Origin: an uncultured bacterium
GTDB taxonomy: Bacteria; Acidobacteriota; Thermoanaerobaculia; Multivoradales; JAHZIX01
Direction of reading: 5' to 3'
NCBI GenBank assembly: GCA_965368975.1
Contig: CBDUPA010000001.1
Span: forward strand, 608,001-672,000
DNA length: 64,000 nt
The position numbers and the translations under genes were made by a program. Below, piece by piece: positions 1 to 9,354 of the stretch; position 1 is the stretch's first letter, and the number at the start of each line of letters is the position of its first letter. Under the pieces are notes generated by a model. The model searched no databases. It saw nothing but the letters and a program-made list of their open reading frames with translations, and had not been told where the DNA came from.

Positions 1-151
1 CCCAGTAGAAGGCGGGCAGGACGGCCACGCCGCTCAGCAGGGACAGCATGGTGAGGACGTTGGGTGTCAGCCCCGGGACGCGGCGCAGCACCTGAACCGC
101 GGGGTCGAAGAGCAAGCGAGCGAACAGGGGGCGCAGCTTGGGACCGATCAT
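1..151 (-). CDS. CDP-alcohol phosphatidyltransferase family protein (5' part; runs off window)
   Basis: Hand translation from ATG at 151: MIGPKLRPLFARLLFDPAVQVLRRVPGLTPNVLTMLSLLSGVAVLPAFYW; TPNxLT motif followed by a hydrophobic helix; AGGAGG RBS upstream. Not in the ORF track. Confidence 0.7.
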   Translation of the reverse strand, partial: MIGPKLRPLFARLLFDPAVQVLRRVPGLTPNVLTMLSLLSGVAVLPAFYW

Positions 152-162
152 GTGCGTGCCTC

Positions 163-570
163 CTAGAACGTTGCCGCGCTGGAAACGGGGGAGAACCAAA
201 GGACCAGGCGCGGCAGCAAGGGGATCAGCTGCGATAGCAAGAAAAGCAGCAGGTAGGCGCGGTGCCAACGTCGTTCCTCACTTTGCGCGAAGCCGAGTAC
301 GCACAGCAGCGTGGCGAAGCCGCCGACCGGGGCGACCAGGTAGGTGGTGCCGAGGAAGAGAAGAAGGAGCAGCTCGCGCAAAGTCGCCGGTGAAACCTTG
401 GCAGTCGCGGTGGCGTCCACAGGAAGAGGACGGCGAGTAGCGCTTCGATGACGAGAGTCCAGTACGACATCAGCACTGCCGTCCAGCGCAGGCGCGGACT
501 CGAGGTGAGGACGGCGACCGCGTCGCTGCACACCACCGACGAACGAGGCCAGGCCCGCGAAGCGTTCAGG
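163..570 (-). pseudogene. Fragmented multi-pass membrane protein (HTTM-like C-terminal half)
   Basis: Hydrophobic segments are split over two frames: ERFAGLASFVGGV / LRWTAVLMSYWTLVIEALLAVLFLW / LRELLLLLFLGTTYLVAPVGGFATLLCVLGFAQ. No start or N-terminal half. Family call from recalled similarity. Confidence 0.5.
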
Positions 571-1000
571 TGACCCGGGGGGGCTCCTCGGGCGGACTTC
601 CAGGATGCCAGTGATAGTGCTGGACGCTGAGGCGCACGCGCGCCACTCTCGAACTGGCTCGTGCGGCGATCGTCGAGTTGGCCGGAAGTGGATGGCAGAT
701 GGGCAGCGTCGCCGATGCCGATGCCGATGCCGATGCCGATCCCGATGCCGATCCCGACGCCGACTCCAGCTGCAGCGCGAGCCGACCCAGGGCCTCGGCC
801 AGGGCCTGGAAGTCTCGCTCGTTGGGGCGAGTTCGCAGGCGCACCAGGCGCTCGGGCTCGCCCAGGCTCGGCCACGCCTCGGCGCTCAGCCGACAGGAGA
901 TACCTTCGGTGGTCGTGACGACGCCGTACACCGCCGGCAAGCGCGCGAGCAGGGCCACGAGCCGCTGCCGTGAGCCCGCGTCGCGCAGGGGCACTTTCAT
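566..1000 (-). CDS. Hypothetical protein, probable partner of the HTTM-like gene, possibly internally deleted
   Basis: ATG overlaps the TGA of the upstream glycosyltransferase (ATGA); 144 aa with an SA/SG low-complexity insert. Confidence 0.45.
   Translation of the reverse strand: MKVPLRDAGSRQRLVALLARLPAVYGVVTTTEGISCRLSAEAWPSLGEPERLVRLRTRPNERDFQALAEALGRLALQLESASGSASGSASASASASATLPICHPLPANSTIAARASSRVARVRLSVQHYHWHPGSPPEEPPRVT
711..764. repeat. Hexamer tandem repeat (GCCGAT-like x9)
   Basis: gccgat x5, cccgat, gccgat, cccgac, gccgac; encodes SASGSASGSASASASASA on the minus strand. Confidence 0.9.
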
Positions 1001-2103
1001 CTCTCATGGACACGCTGGGCAACGTACCGTGGGTAGTCGGTGCCCGGCTCGCGCTCGAGCAAGTTTCGGTGCAGGCGTTCGAGCACCGCCAGGTCGAAGC
1101 CCGTGGCGCGCCAGGCTTCGTAGCGGATGCCGAAGCCCAGGTGTTCCCAGATGTCGGCATTCTTCTCTTCGGCATAGCCGAACGGGTCGAGCAGGATCAG
1201 GGGGGTGGCCGAGGCCAGGGAGTCGATCATGGTGCCGCCGCCGGGCTTGCTGATGACGGCGCGGCTGCGACGGACGGTGTCGAACAACTCGTGATGGCTG
1301 TCACGGTTGCGAAAACCGCCCTTGCCGTCACGCACCGGTCCGAAAGGCGGGAACTCGGCGCGCTCGCCGATCTCCAGTTGCCAGGCGGCCCAGCCGGGCC
1401 GCACCATGAAGCAACGGCTACCGTCAGCGACATCGTGGGTTTCCTCCAGCTCGTAAGCGAGGATATCGAGGTCGAAGCCGGCGGCCCGCAGCTCGGGGAT
1501 CAAGCGCTGGTAGTTGCCCAGGCCCCAGCCACCGCCGTGGATGACGAAGCGTGCCTCGCGCTGATCCCAGGGCAGCGGAGGTTGGTCGCCGACCGGGATC
1601 TCGAAGTCCAGGCGGCGCTCGTGCCAGGGCCAGAGCCAGACTTCCCGGCCGCTTTGCAGAAGTTCAGGTTCGAGATCGGCGTAGGGCTGGAACGAGGCCG
1701 AGACGACGGCGTCGATGCGGCACAGGTGGATGTCGCAGGCGATGCCGTCGCGCCGCTCTCGGTAGGCATCGAGAATCGGCAGCCAGAAGCCGGACCAGAC
1801 GAGGAAACGCCGCCGATCTTCCGCCTGCCAGCGAGCCAGCAGCTTCTCCAGGAGTCGCGGGTCGAGGCTGGGCCGGATGTCCTTGACCATGCGGTGGGCC
1901 ATCAGGGCGAGCGAGAAGTTCTTGTGGTAGGCCTTCTTGTGTTGCCAGAGCTTGGCGCGTTCCGTCGCCTGGTAGCAGCTCTCGATGACCTCGACCTCGG
2001 CGGCGACGCCCAGGGCTTCGAGCCGGCGGGCGACCAGCATGGCGGGAATGTAGACACCCAGATTGACGCCGGAGCCGAGGACGGAGACGGTAGCTTCACT
2101 CAT
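997..2103 (-). CDS. GT-B fold glycosyltransferase (MurG/MGDG-synthase-like C-terminal domain)
   Basis: N-terminal VLGSGVNLGVYIPA loop; HGGGWGLG; VISKPGGGTMIDSL...PFGYAEEKNA nucleotide-sugar binding signature. Confidence 0.75.
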   Translation of the reverse strand: MSEATVSVLGSGVNLGVYIPAMLVARRLEALGVAAEVEVIESCYQATERAKLWQHKKAYHKNFSLALMAHRMVKDIRPSLDPRLLEKLLARWQAEDRRRFLVWSGFWLPILDAYRERRDGIACDIHLCRIDAVVSASFQPYADLEPELLQSGREVWLWPWHERRLDFEIPVGDQPPLPWDQREARFVIHGGGWGLGNYQRLIPELRAAGFDLDILAYELEETHDVADGSRCFMVRPGWAAWQLEIGERAEFPPFGPVRDGKGGFRNRDSHHELFDTVRRSRAVISKPGGGTMIDSLASATPLILLDPFGYAEEKNADIWEHLGFGIRYEAWRATGFDLAVLERLHRNLLEREPGTDYPRYVAQRVHER

Positions 2104-2138
2104 TCGGTGGCTTCAGCCGCGGGAGCGGTCTGACTCAT
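2100..2138 (-). other. 12-aa mini-ORF (MSQTAPAAEATE) coupled at both ends; possible deletion remnant
   Basis: ATG overlaps the ACP stop (ATGA) and its TGA overlaps the glycosyltransferase ATG (ATGA). Confidence 0.5.
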
Positions 2139-2425
2139 GTGCTGATGTGACAGGTGGCCGTGTCGGCTGCGGGCGTCGGCTCTCCTAGACGGTTCAGCGT
2201 GCCGAGGAACTGCGCCAGGCTGCCGAGCGACTGCAGTTGACTGAAGTCCATGCGGGCGAAGTCGATCTCGATCTGTAGCTGTTGTTCGATGCCGAGCATC
2301 AAGTGCAGCATCTCGAGCGAGTCGAGGCCGACGTCTTCGAGGATGTTGGTCGAGGCATCGAGAGTCGCGGCCAGGCCGGGTTGTCCCTTGATGTCTTCCA
2401 GGATGCTCTTGAGACCTTCGATCAT
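2135..2425 (-). CDS. Acyl carrier protein
   Basis: 96 aa, acidic, DVGLDSLEML phosphopantetheine-serine motif; start reassigned to ATG 2425 behind GAGGG. Confidence 0.88.
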   Translation of the reverse strand: MIEGLKSILEDIKGQPGLAATLDASTNILEDVGLDSLEMLHLMLGIEQQLQIEIDFARMDFSQLQSLGSLAQFLGTLNRLGEPTPAADTATCHIST

Positions 2426-2435
2426 GGTGGGTCCC

Positions 2436-3197
2436 TCAGTTCGCCGCGGCGAGGCGGTCGTTGCGGATCGCCAGGCCGATCCCCATGAACCGGCCCTGGA
2501 CGCTGTCGTATTGATCAGTGAATTCGAAGCACTCGTACTCGCCCAGCGCCTGCACTTCCCGCCACACGGTCGCCACGTCGGGGTACGTGTCGCTGGCAAT
2601 GTCGTGGAAGGCGAGCATATTCGCGTAGGGGTGCAGGGCTCGAACCTCGTTACGGCAGTGTTCGGCCTCGTGCAGCGAATCGATGAGCACCAGGTCGAAG
2701 CGGCCGTGGCGTTCCAGCAGCTCGGTGAAGGCAGGCTTCTGGGTGTCGAGGCAGGCGAACTCGGCTTTCGGCTGGTACTGCCGACGGTAGGCGTCGAGGG
2801 CGGTACAGGGAATGATGTCGACACCGACGGCGTGATCGAGTGGGGTGAAGCGTTGCAGGTATTCCACCGTCGCGACGAAGGTGCCGCCATGCCGTACGCC
2901 GAGTTCCAGGTAGGACGTGATGCCGAGCCGCGACAGCGCCGCCAGGTAGCGGCCGAATTGGTGTGGGTACTGCCAGATGCGCAGACCCTGGCCGCAGTAG
3001 GGATGGAGGTCCACGGGGTACTCGTCCAAGCCTTCGTCGTTGAGTCCGAGTTCTAGTAGCAGAGGCACGAGTCGCACCGGGTCGCGCAGCCGCTCGCGGG
3101 GACAGGTGCGCAGGAGTGCCAGGCGAGACAACTCGATCGGGCTGGGTGTCAGGCGCTTGAGCCTGCTCCATGCACTGGGTATGCCGGTTGCGCTCAC
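2436..3197 (-). CDS. Class I SAM-dependent methyltransferase (Methyltransf_24-like)
   Basis: YLELGVRHGGT motif I, FDLVLIDSLH, AFHDI; GTG start overlaps the ligase stop. Confidence 0.75.
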   Translation of the reverse strand: MSATGIPSAWSRLKRLTPSPIELSRLALLRTCPRERLRDPVRLVPLLLELGLNDEGLDEYPVDLHPYCGQGLRIWQYPHQFGRYLAALSRLGITSYLELGVRHGGTFVATVEYLQRFTPLDHAVGVDIIPCTALDAYRRQYQPKAEFACLDTQKPAFTELLERHGRFDLVLIDSLHEAEHCRNEVRALHPYANMLAFHDIASDTYPDVATVWREVQALGEYECFEFTDQYDSVQGRFMGIGLAIRNDRLAAAN

Positions 3198-4849
3198 GGG
3201 CTTGCCTCCGCAGACTCCGTGGGCTCGGCGCTCGCCTGTGTGCTGGTCAGGGCTGGCGGGCTCAGGGCCTGCTCGCGCGCTTGCCGGCGGTGGGTCTTGC
3301 CGGTGCTCGTACGCGGCAGCGAAGCGATGAATTCGATGTCGCGCGGCACCATGAACTTCTCGAGCACCGTCGTGCAGTGCTCGCGTACCTGCTGGACGTG
3401 TAGGCGGGCGCCGTCGGCTAGCACGAGACGTGCCGCCAGCGCCTGCCCGAGGATCGGGTCGTCGACACCGAAGACCACGGCTTCAGCGACCGCCTCGAGC
3501 TGGAACAAGGCGTTCTCGACTTCTTTGGGCGAGACCAACTCGCCACCGATCTTGAGCATGTCATCGCGGCGGCTGACGAAGTACAGGAAGCCCTCGGCGT
3601 CGAGGCGGAAGAGGTCGCCGGAATGGAGTCGACGGCTGCCGGGCGTGCCCTCGGGATCGGGACGCAGTGCCAGGGACGTCGCGCGGGGCCGGCGCCAGTA
3701 GCTCTGCATCACGTGCGGGCCGCGCACCACCAGTTCGCCGATCCGGCCGCGTTGGTGGATGGCCCGGCCATCGCGATCGACCGGGAAGGCCTCGGTGCCG
3801 GGCATGGCCTTGCCCACCGAGGCCGGCCGTCGCCCGAGCTCGGTCGGGGGAAGGTATGAAACCCTCTTGCACTCGGTGAGGCCGTACATCGAGTACAGCT
3901 GCACCCTGGGCAGGCGTTGACGTAACTGCTCGATGTGGCTCGGCGGCAAGGCCTGGCCGGTGCTCGTGATGTAACGCAGACTGGGCAGTCGGTAGGTGCC
4001 ACGGTGCTGGAAACGCAGCAGGATGGCGATCGACGTCGGTACCAGCGGTAAGCCGGTGATGTGCTGCTGCTCGACCAACCCGATCAGCTGGAACGGATAG
4101 AGGAAGGCGCGTTCGAGTCGTAGCGTGGCGCGGTTGCGGAAAGCGAGCAGCACGTTATAGAGGCCGTAGTCGCAGGACAGCGGTGAGAATCCAGCGATCC
4201 GGTCCGTGGCGCGCAGTTGCAGGTACTGGCTGATCGACGCCGTGGCCTGCAGCACGTTCTCGTGCGTCAGCGCGACGCCCTTGGGGTAGCCGGTGGAGCC
4301 CGAGGTATAGACCAGGCAGCAGAGTTCGTTGCCGTCCAGGTGGTGGTCGAACTCGTCGGCCTTCGGCACGCCAGCGGGGGAGTCTGGCCTCGGAGTCAGA
4401 GCGTCGAGGAAGCCCTGGCGGGGTACGCGCGAAGAGGGGGCGGTGCGGTGTGCGGTCTCGAGGACCCAACGCAGCGGTTTGCAACTGCCGTCGGTCAGCG
4501 ATGGATCGACCCTCTGGGTGATCAGCACGGATGCGCCGGCATCGTCGATGAGGAAACGCAGCTTGGCGGCCTTGACCTCAGGGTGGACCAGCGCGAAGCA
4601 ACCCCCGGCTCGCAGCACGCCGAACATCGAAATGACAGCCTCGACGCTGTTGCCGAGATGGATCAGGACCCGGTCGCGCGAGCACAGGCCACCAGTCCTC
4701 AGAGCTCCGGCGAGCCGGCCGGCAAGCCGATCGAGGCAGCCGTAGCTGAAGGCCTGATCACCGAACAGCAAGCCGATGCGATCCGGCTGTACCGCGGCGA
4801 CATGTTCCAAGAAGTGTCGGACCGACCGATGCGGTGAGGGAGCGGGCAT
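3194..4849 (-). CDS. Adenylate-forming enzyme (acyl-CoA/acyl-ACP ligase)
   Basis: YTSGSTGYPKG, YGLTE, SGDL, RRDDMLKIGG, PRTSTGK motifs; true start ATG 4849 (the track's extension overlaps the radical SAM gene). Confidence 0.92.
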   Translation of the reverse strand: MPAPSPHRSVRHFLEHVAAVQPDRIGLLFGDQAFSYGCLDRLAGRLAGALRTGGLCSRDRVLIHLGNSVEAVISMFGVLRAGGCFALVHPEVKAAKLRFLIDDAGASVLITQRVDPSLTDGSCKPLRWVLETAHRTAPSSRVPRQGFLDALTPRPDSPAGVPKADEFDHHLDGNELCCLVYTSGSTGYPKGVALTHENVLQATASISQYLQLRATDRIAGFSPLSCDYGLYNVLLAFRNRATLRLERAFLYPFQLIGLVEQQHITGLPLVPTSIAILLRFQHRGTYRLPSLRYITSTGQALPPSHIEQLRQRLPRVQLYSMYGLTECKRVSYLPPTELGRRPASVGKAMPGTEAFPVDRDGRAIHQRGRIGELVVRGPHVMQSYWRRPRATSLALRPDPEGTPGSRRLHSGDLFRLDAEGFLYFVSRRDDMLKIGGELVSPKEVENALFQLEAVAEAVVFGVDDPILGQALAARLVLADGARLHVQQVREHCTTVLEKFMVPRDIEFIASLPRTSTGKTHRRQAREQALSPPALTSTQASAEPTESAEASP

Positions 4850-4854
4850 CGAGG

Positions 4855-6066
4855 TCAGATACCCCGTGAGTAGAGCAGGTTGCACTTCGAGCACACGGGC
4901 ATCAGACCTTGGTCGATGGTCTGGCGCACGCGCTGGAAAGTCTCGCTGTGCCAGACGTCTTCGACGCTCGCCTCGCTCAGGTTGCCGACGGAAAACTCGG
5001 GGAAGAACTTGCAGGAGATGACCTCCCCGTTGGGGAACACGTCCATGCGGTTCTTGATCGCGGTGCAGCGGGTCTTGCCTTGCGCCGGCCGGTCGCTGCC
5101 GGAAAGGAACTCCTCGAGTTCTTCGAACGCGAGTTCCGGGTTGTAGCGGACCTTGATCTTCCAGCTGCGCTGGTGGATGCGATCGAGCTCTTCGATCAGC
5201 TGGTCCTTGAGCTGGGGACTGAGCTGGTACTTGTAGGCGTGCCAGCTGAAGCGCGCCGTCTCGTGCTCGGAGCACAGCCAGTTGAACTGCCGGGCGTAGT
5301 AGGCGTCCATCTTGGCCGAGGTCGCGGCGGACAGGAACCACGGGAAGCTGAGATAGATCGAGTCCAGCCCCTTGGCTTCGAGGTACTCCGCCAGCGCGGT
5401 GAGCTTGCCGACCATGGGTCCGGTGATCACGCAGTTGACGGCGATCTCGCCCTGGTACTCGCCGCGCCGCTTGTGTTCGAGCAGCAGATCGATACCCGCC
5501 ATGGTGCGCTGGAACGTGCTCTTGCCGCGGATCGCGTCGTGTTCTTCTTCGAAGCCTTCGAGCGCGATCAGTGCCTCGAAGTGATCCGAGATGCGCAGCA
5601 GCGAGGCAAGACGTTTGTCCAGGCCGATGCCGTTGGTACACATGGTGGTCCACCGGGGATCGGCTTCGAGCAGATCGACGAGATCGTCCCAGCGACCGTA
5701 GATCAGCGGCTCGCCGCCCCACAGGTAGACGTTCGACTTCAGCTCGCGGGTGGCGTCGAACACCTTGCGGATGATGCTGAAGTCCATCTCGCGCTTCTGC
5801 TCTGCCTTGCTGAGATCGTGGTGGTGACCATCCTCGTTCCACTGGTAGCAGTGTTTGCAACGCAGGTTGCACCGGTTGGTCAGCTTGAAGGCGATCTCTT
5901 CCGGCAGCGCGCGTACACCCAGGTCGCTCGGCTGCTGACTGCGGTGGGCGCTCAGCAACCCCGGCAAGATCCGCTTCATCTTCTCGAAGGCGACCTGGTC
6001 GAGGGTGACCCCGTCGAGGGCGACCCCGTCGACCGCGTCGACTTTCAGCTCGGATTTCGCTGTCAT
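4855..6066 (-). CDS. Radical SAM enzyme with SPASM/twitch domain
   Basis: CNLRCKHC (CX3CX2C), WGGEP, TNG; C-terminal C...PNGEVISC...GNL...CSKC; start ATG 6066. Confidence 0.92.
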   Translation of the reverse strand: MTAKSELKVDAVDGVALDGVTLDQVAFEKMKRILPGLLSAHRSQQPSDLGVRALPEEIAFKLTNRCNLRCKHCYQWNEDGHHHDLSKAEQKREMDFSIIRKVFDATRELKSNVYLWGGEPLIYGRWDDLVDLLEADPRWTTMCTNGIGLDKRLASLLRISDHFEALIALEGFEEEHDAIRGKSTFQRTMAGIDLLLEHKRRGEYQGEIAVNCVITGPMVGKLTALAEYLEAKGLDSIYLSFPWFLSAATSAKMDAYYARQFNWLCSEHETARFSWHAYKYQLSPQLKDQLIEELDRIHQRSWKIKVRYNPELAFEELEEFLSGSDRPAQGKTRCTAIKNRMDVFPNGEVISCKFFPEFSVGNLSEASVEDVWHSETFQRVRQTIDQGLMPVCSKCNLLYSRGI

Positions 6067-6257
6067 GAACCGGCCCCCGCGGCTTGTGCGGCGAGCAGAA
6101 CCACCCGGCAATGAGGAACCGAGCGGGCAGCGCCGCTGTGCCGTTTCTCGAGTGTTTAGGCGATCAAGCCAGAGAGAGACTAACCTATTTCGAGTGGGGC
6201 GACAAGCGGCGACTGCCCAGGGTTCTCTACCGGCGGGAGTCGTTCCCGAGGGCGAGA

Positions 6258-9215
6258 CTAGAAGCGGAAGCCGACCGAGAAGCGGTAGGTGAGCGGCAGC
6301 TGGTAGGCGTTCTCGCTCACCGCCTGGCCGAACTCCGGATGCTTCTGCCAGTGCACGCCTTCGATCGGCGTGGTGGTCATCGGGTTGAAGCGGTCGCAGC
6401 GGCTGCCGTCGGCTTGACGGCACGCCGAGTTACGGCTGGTGTAGATCGTCTGGCGGACGCTGCTCGGATCTTCGATCCCGGCCTCGTCCCACAGGTTCAG
6501 GATGTCCGCCTGCAGGAACAACTCGATGCCGCGGATGTCGACGCTGTAGTTGATCGCCAGGTCGGTCTGGGTGATGTCGTCGGTGCGGTAGGCCTGGTCA
6601 CCCTCGAAGAAGTAGGTGGCCGTGGTCGGTGCACTCTGATATCCCGGATTGGGGATCGCGCGCAGGTCGATCGTACCGGCGGCATAGTAGGGGTAGCCCG
6701 AGTGGTACTTCTGTAGCAGGGCGAAGTTGAAGTTGCCCACCGAAGTCGGCAGGTCGTAGGTCAGCCACAGGTTGGCACGATGCTCGACGTCACCTGGCAA
6801 CGCCCGATCAGGCTTGTTCCAGGAGAAGTCGATGTACTCAGGGTAGTTGTTGATCGCACCTATCGAATCGGTAGCGCTATTGGAGGCTTCGCCGACCGCG
6901 TTGCCGCGCAACTCGGACCACGTGTAGTTGCCGTTCAGCGACATGCTGCGGTTGAAGCGGTAGGAACCTTGCACCTGGAGGCCGTCGTACTCGCGCGACA
7001 GTCCTGTGGCGTTGGTACCGACGAGCTCGAGGTCGAAGACCTGACCGAGTGCGTTGCTCACCGTACCTGTCTCGAGGTTGGTCCAGTTGGTGTAGAAGTC
7101 GTCCCACTCACGGTGAATGTAGTTGGCTCGGATGTAGCCCTGGCCTCCGAAGGAGTAGCTATAGCCGAGATAAATCTCCTCCATGGTCGGCGACTTCAGG
7201 CCACTGCCGGCGATGCGGGTACTGACTCCCGGCAGGCTGGTGCTGCGCAGGTTGCCGGTGCAGCCGATGGTCGCTTCCGAGCCGACCTCGAAGCCCGGGC
7301 AGTTGACGTTGTAGAACCAGTCGAAAACCATCGTCAGCACGACGTCCGACGGCAGCAACGAGCCGTCCGGAACACCTGGGCCGTTGATCTCCGGGCCGGT
7401 GTAGAACCACGAGAACGACGCCGGCGAACCGGCCGAAGAAGCCTCATCGTTGACGCCGTTGTCGATTGCAGCGGCGTACTGGCCGTAGCCGACCGAGAAG
7501 CGCTGCTTGCCGTCGCCGGCCGGGTCGTAGGTTGCCGACAGCCGGGGGCTGAAGGCATTGTCGTCGGCAGTCGTGGCGCCGGCCTGGTCGACCGACTCGT
7601 TCTTGTCGTAGCGGACGCCGACGTTGAAGCTCCAGTTCTCGTTCAGGTCCCACTTGTCGTTGATGTAGGCCGACTTGGTGGTGCCGTCGGAGGTCTCGCT
7701 CAGCTGCAAGACCGGGAAGAACTGAATGTAGGACTCGTTCGGGTCGACATTGATGAACGTATCGCCGTTGGGATGGCGGAAGTTGCCCCACAGGCGGAAG
7801 CCGCTGCCTCCCTGGTGGTTGTTCTCGTTGCGCAGCTGCGAGAAGTCCTCGTAGCCGGCGACGACATTGTGCGAGCCGAGGTCGTCGGTCGACAAGAAGT
7901 AGGAACCACGCACCTGGTAGTACTCGTTGTCTCGTGACTTCGGCGGGCCACAGATCGCGCAGAAGGTTGGAGACCAAGCGCGACGGCTGCCGGAGAAGCC
8001 GCGCAGGATGGTGCCGTCGATCAGGTCCGTCGTCTGGGCACCTGAGTTGACGAAGGCGAACTCACGCTCGGACCACTGCAAGTCGAGAATGAAGTTCGAG
8101 CTGAGCAGACCGTTGTAGTTGGCCGTGGTCAGGGTGTAGGGAAGAGAGCGGTCGTAAAGCGAGCGTAGATCGGTGATCGAACCGAAGCTGTTGTTGCTCT
8201 GGATGATCTCGCGGTCGAGGTAGGACGCGACCACGGAGTGGCTCTGCGACAGCTGACCGGTGAGCTTGATCTCCCAGCGATCTTCTTCGTCCGCGAAGGT
8301 GTAGGGCAAGTTGGTGTCCCGCGTGTTGCGCGAAGTCTCGCCGTCCTCGATACGGCCGGCGGTGAAGAACCACAGGCGGTCGCGCAGGATGCGGCCACCG
8401 AGGGTGCCTTCCCAGCGATCGTTGATCGAGTCCTCGTGATCCGCTTCGCCCTCGAAGGGGGTCTTGCGCGTCCAATCGTCGTTGGTCAGGGAGTCACGCA
8501 GCGAACCGGAAAATTCGTTGCCGCCTTGCTTGGTGATCGCGCTGACCACGCCACCGGTGAAGCGGCCATACTCGGCGGAGATGTTGCCGGTGATCACGGT
8601 GGTCTGGGAGATGGCGTCCTCGATGAAAACGCTCTGTGGCTGGCCGCGCAGGTTCTCGTTGACCACCGCGCCGTTGACCAGGTAGAGGCTCTCGTACGAC
8701 GGTGCGCCGGAGATCATCACCTGGTCGTTGGGACCTTCGGTCGAGATGCCGGGGGCCAGCTCCGTGGCGCCGCGGATGGTGCGATTGACCGGCAACTGGT
8801 TGATGACCTCGGCGGTGAAGTTCTGCGACATCTCCGAGGTCTCGAGCACGCTCGCCTCGGCGCTCACGTTGAGCACCTCGCTAATCGCGCTCAGGCTCAT
8901 CTCGGCGTTGATGCGGGTCGTCTGGTTGAGCGACACCGTCGCTTCTCGGGTGACCGTTTCCATCCCTTCGAGCTGGAAGCTCAGCTCATACACACCAGGT
9001 GGCAAGGCTGGGAAGATGTAGTTACCGATGGCGTCGGTGACAGTGGTACGGGTGCCCTGCAGGGCGGGTGAAGCGATGGTCACGCTGACACCGGGCAGTG
9101 CCGCGCCCTCGCTTTCCACCGTTCCACGAAGGATGCCGCGCGTGCCTTGCGCGAACAGGGGTGTGGCTATCAGGAAGCTGCACACCAACAATCCCAGGAT
9201 CATTCTGACTCTCAT
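6258..9215 (-). CDS. Oar-like TonB-dependent receptor with N-terminal carboxypeptidase-regulatory-like domain
   Basis: Signal peptide; GTV...LPGVSV...TDAIGNY; plug motif SAEYGRFTGGVVSAITKQG; beta-rich body ending in GFRF. Confidence 0.9.
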   Translation of the reverse strand: MRVRMILGLLVCSFLIATPLFAQGTRGILRGTVESEGAALPGVSVTIASPALQGTRTTVTDAIGNYIFPALPPGVYELSFQLEGMETVTREATVSLNQTTRINAEMSLSAISEVLNVSAEASVLETSEMSQNFTAEVINQLPVNRTIRGATELAPGISTEGPNDQVMISGAPSYESLYLVNGAVVNENLRGQPQSVFIEDAISQTTVITGNISAEYGRFTGGVVSAITKQGGNEFSGSLRDSLTNDDWTRKTPFEGEADHEDSINDRWEGTLGGRILRDRLWFFTAGRIEDGETSRNTRDTNLPYTFADEEDRWEIKLTGQLSQSHSVVASYLDREIIQSNNSFGSITDLRSLYDRSLPYTLTTANYNGLLSSNFILDLQWSEREFAFVNSGAQTTDLIDGTILRGFSGSRRAWSPTFCAICGPPKSRDNEYYQVRGSYFLSTDDLGSHNVVAGYEDFSQLRNENNHQGGSGFRLWGNFRHPNGDTFINVDPNESYIQFFPVLQLSETSDGTTKSAYINDKWDLNENWSFNVGVRYDKNESVDQAGATTADDNAFSPRLSATYDPAGDGKQRFSVGYGQYAAAIDNGVNDEASSAGSPASFSWFYTGPEINGPGVPDGSLLPSDVVLTMVFDWFYNVNCPGFEVGSEATIGCTGNLRSTSLPGVSTRIAGSGLKSPTMEEIYLGYSYSFGGQGYIRANYIHREWDDFYTNWTNLETGTVSNALGQVFDLELVGTNATGLSREYDGLQVQGSYRFNRSMSLNGNYTWSELRGNAVGEASNSATDSIGAINNYPEYIDFSWNKPDRALPGDVEHRANLWLTYDLPTSVGNFNFALLQKYHSGYPYYAAGTIDLRAIPNPGYQSAPTTATYFFEGDQAYRTDDITQTDLAINYSVDIRGIELFLQADILNLWDEAGIEDPSSVRQTIYTSRNSACRQADGSRCDRFNPMTTTPIEGVHWQKHPEFGQAVSENAYQLPLTYRFSVGFRF

Positions 9216-9354
9216 GCTACCTACCTCCAGCCTCTAGTCCGTGTGGGGTGGGCCTCACCGATGAGGCCACAGACTTCCCGTGCGTCGCCGAAGGCTCACA
9301 GCTTCGCGCGGGCGTTCAACGTTCAAGAGTGGACCCAGCTACAGGGTCTCGACA

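Noticed and set aside
605-973. RCRCRC / MPMPMP / DADADA peptides suggesting a Cys-rich RiPP precursor
   Set aside because: They are alternative-frame readouts of the GCCGAT hexamer repeat.
4850-5872. N-terminal extension making the ligase 892 aa (also extensions of 34709-38908, 2135-2890, 18853-20298, 15205-15879)
   Set aside because: The extensions overlap neighbouring genes in another frame and are low-information sequence; downstream starts with an RBS or stop/start coupling fit better.
4855-6066. Radical SAM/SPASM as a RiPP maturase
   Set aside because: No RRE/PqqD domain or credible precursor seen; ACP, ligase and GT neighbours point to small-molecule or lipid chemistry.
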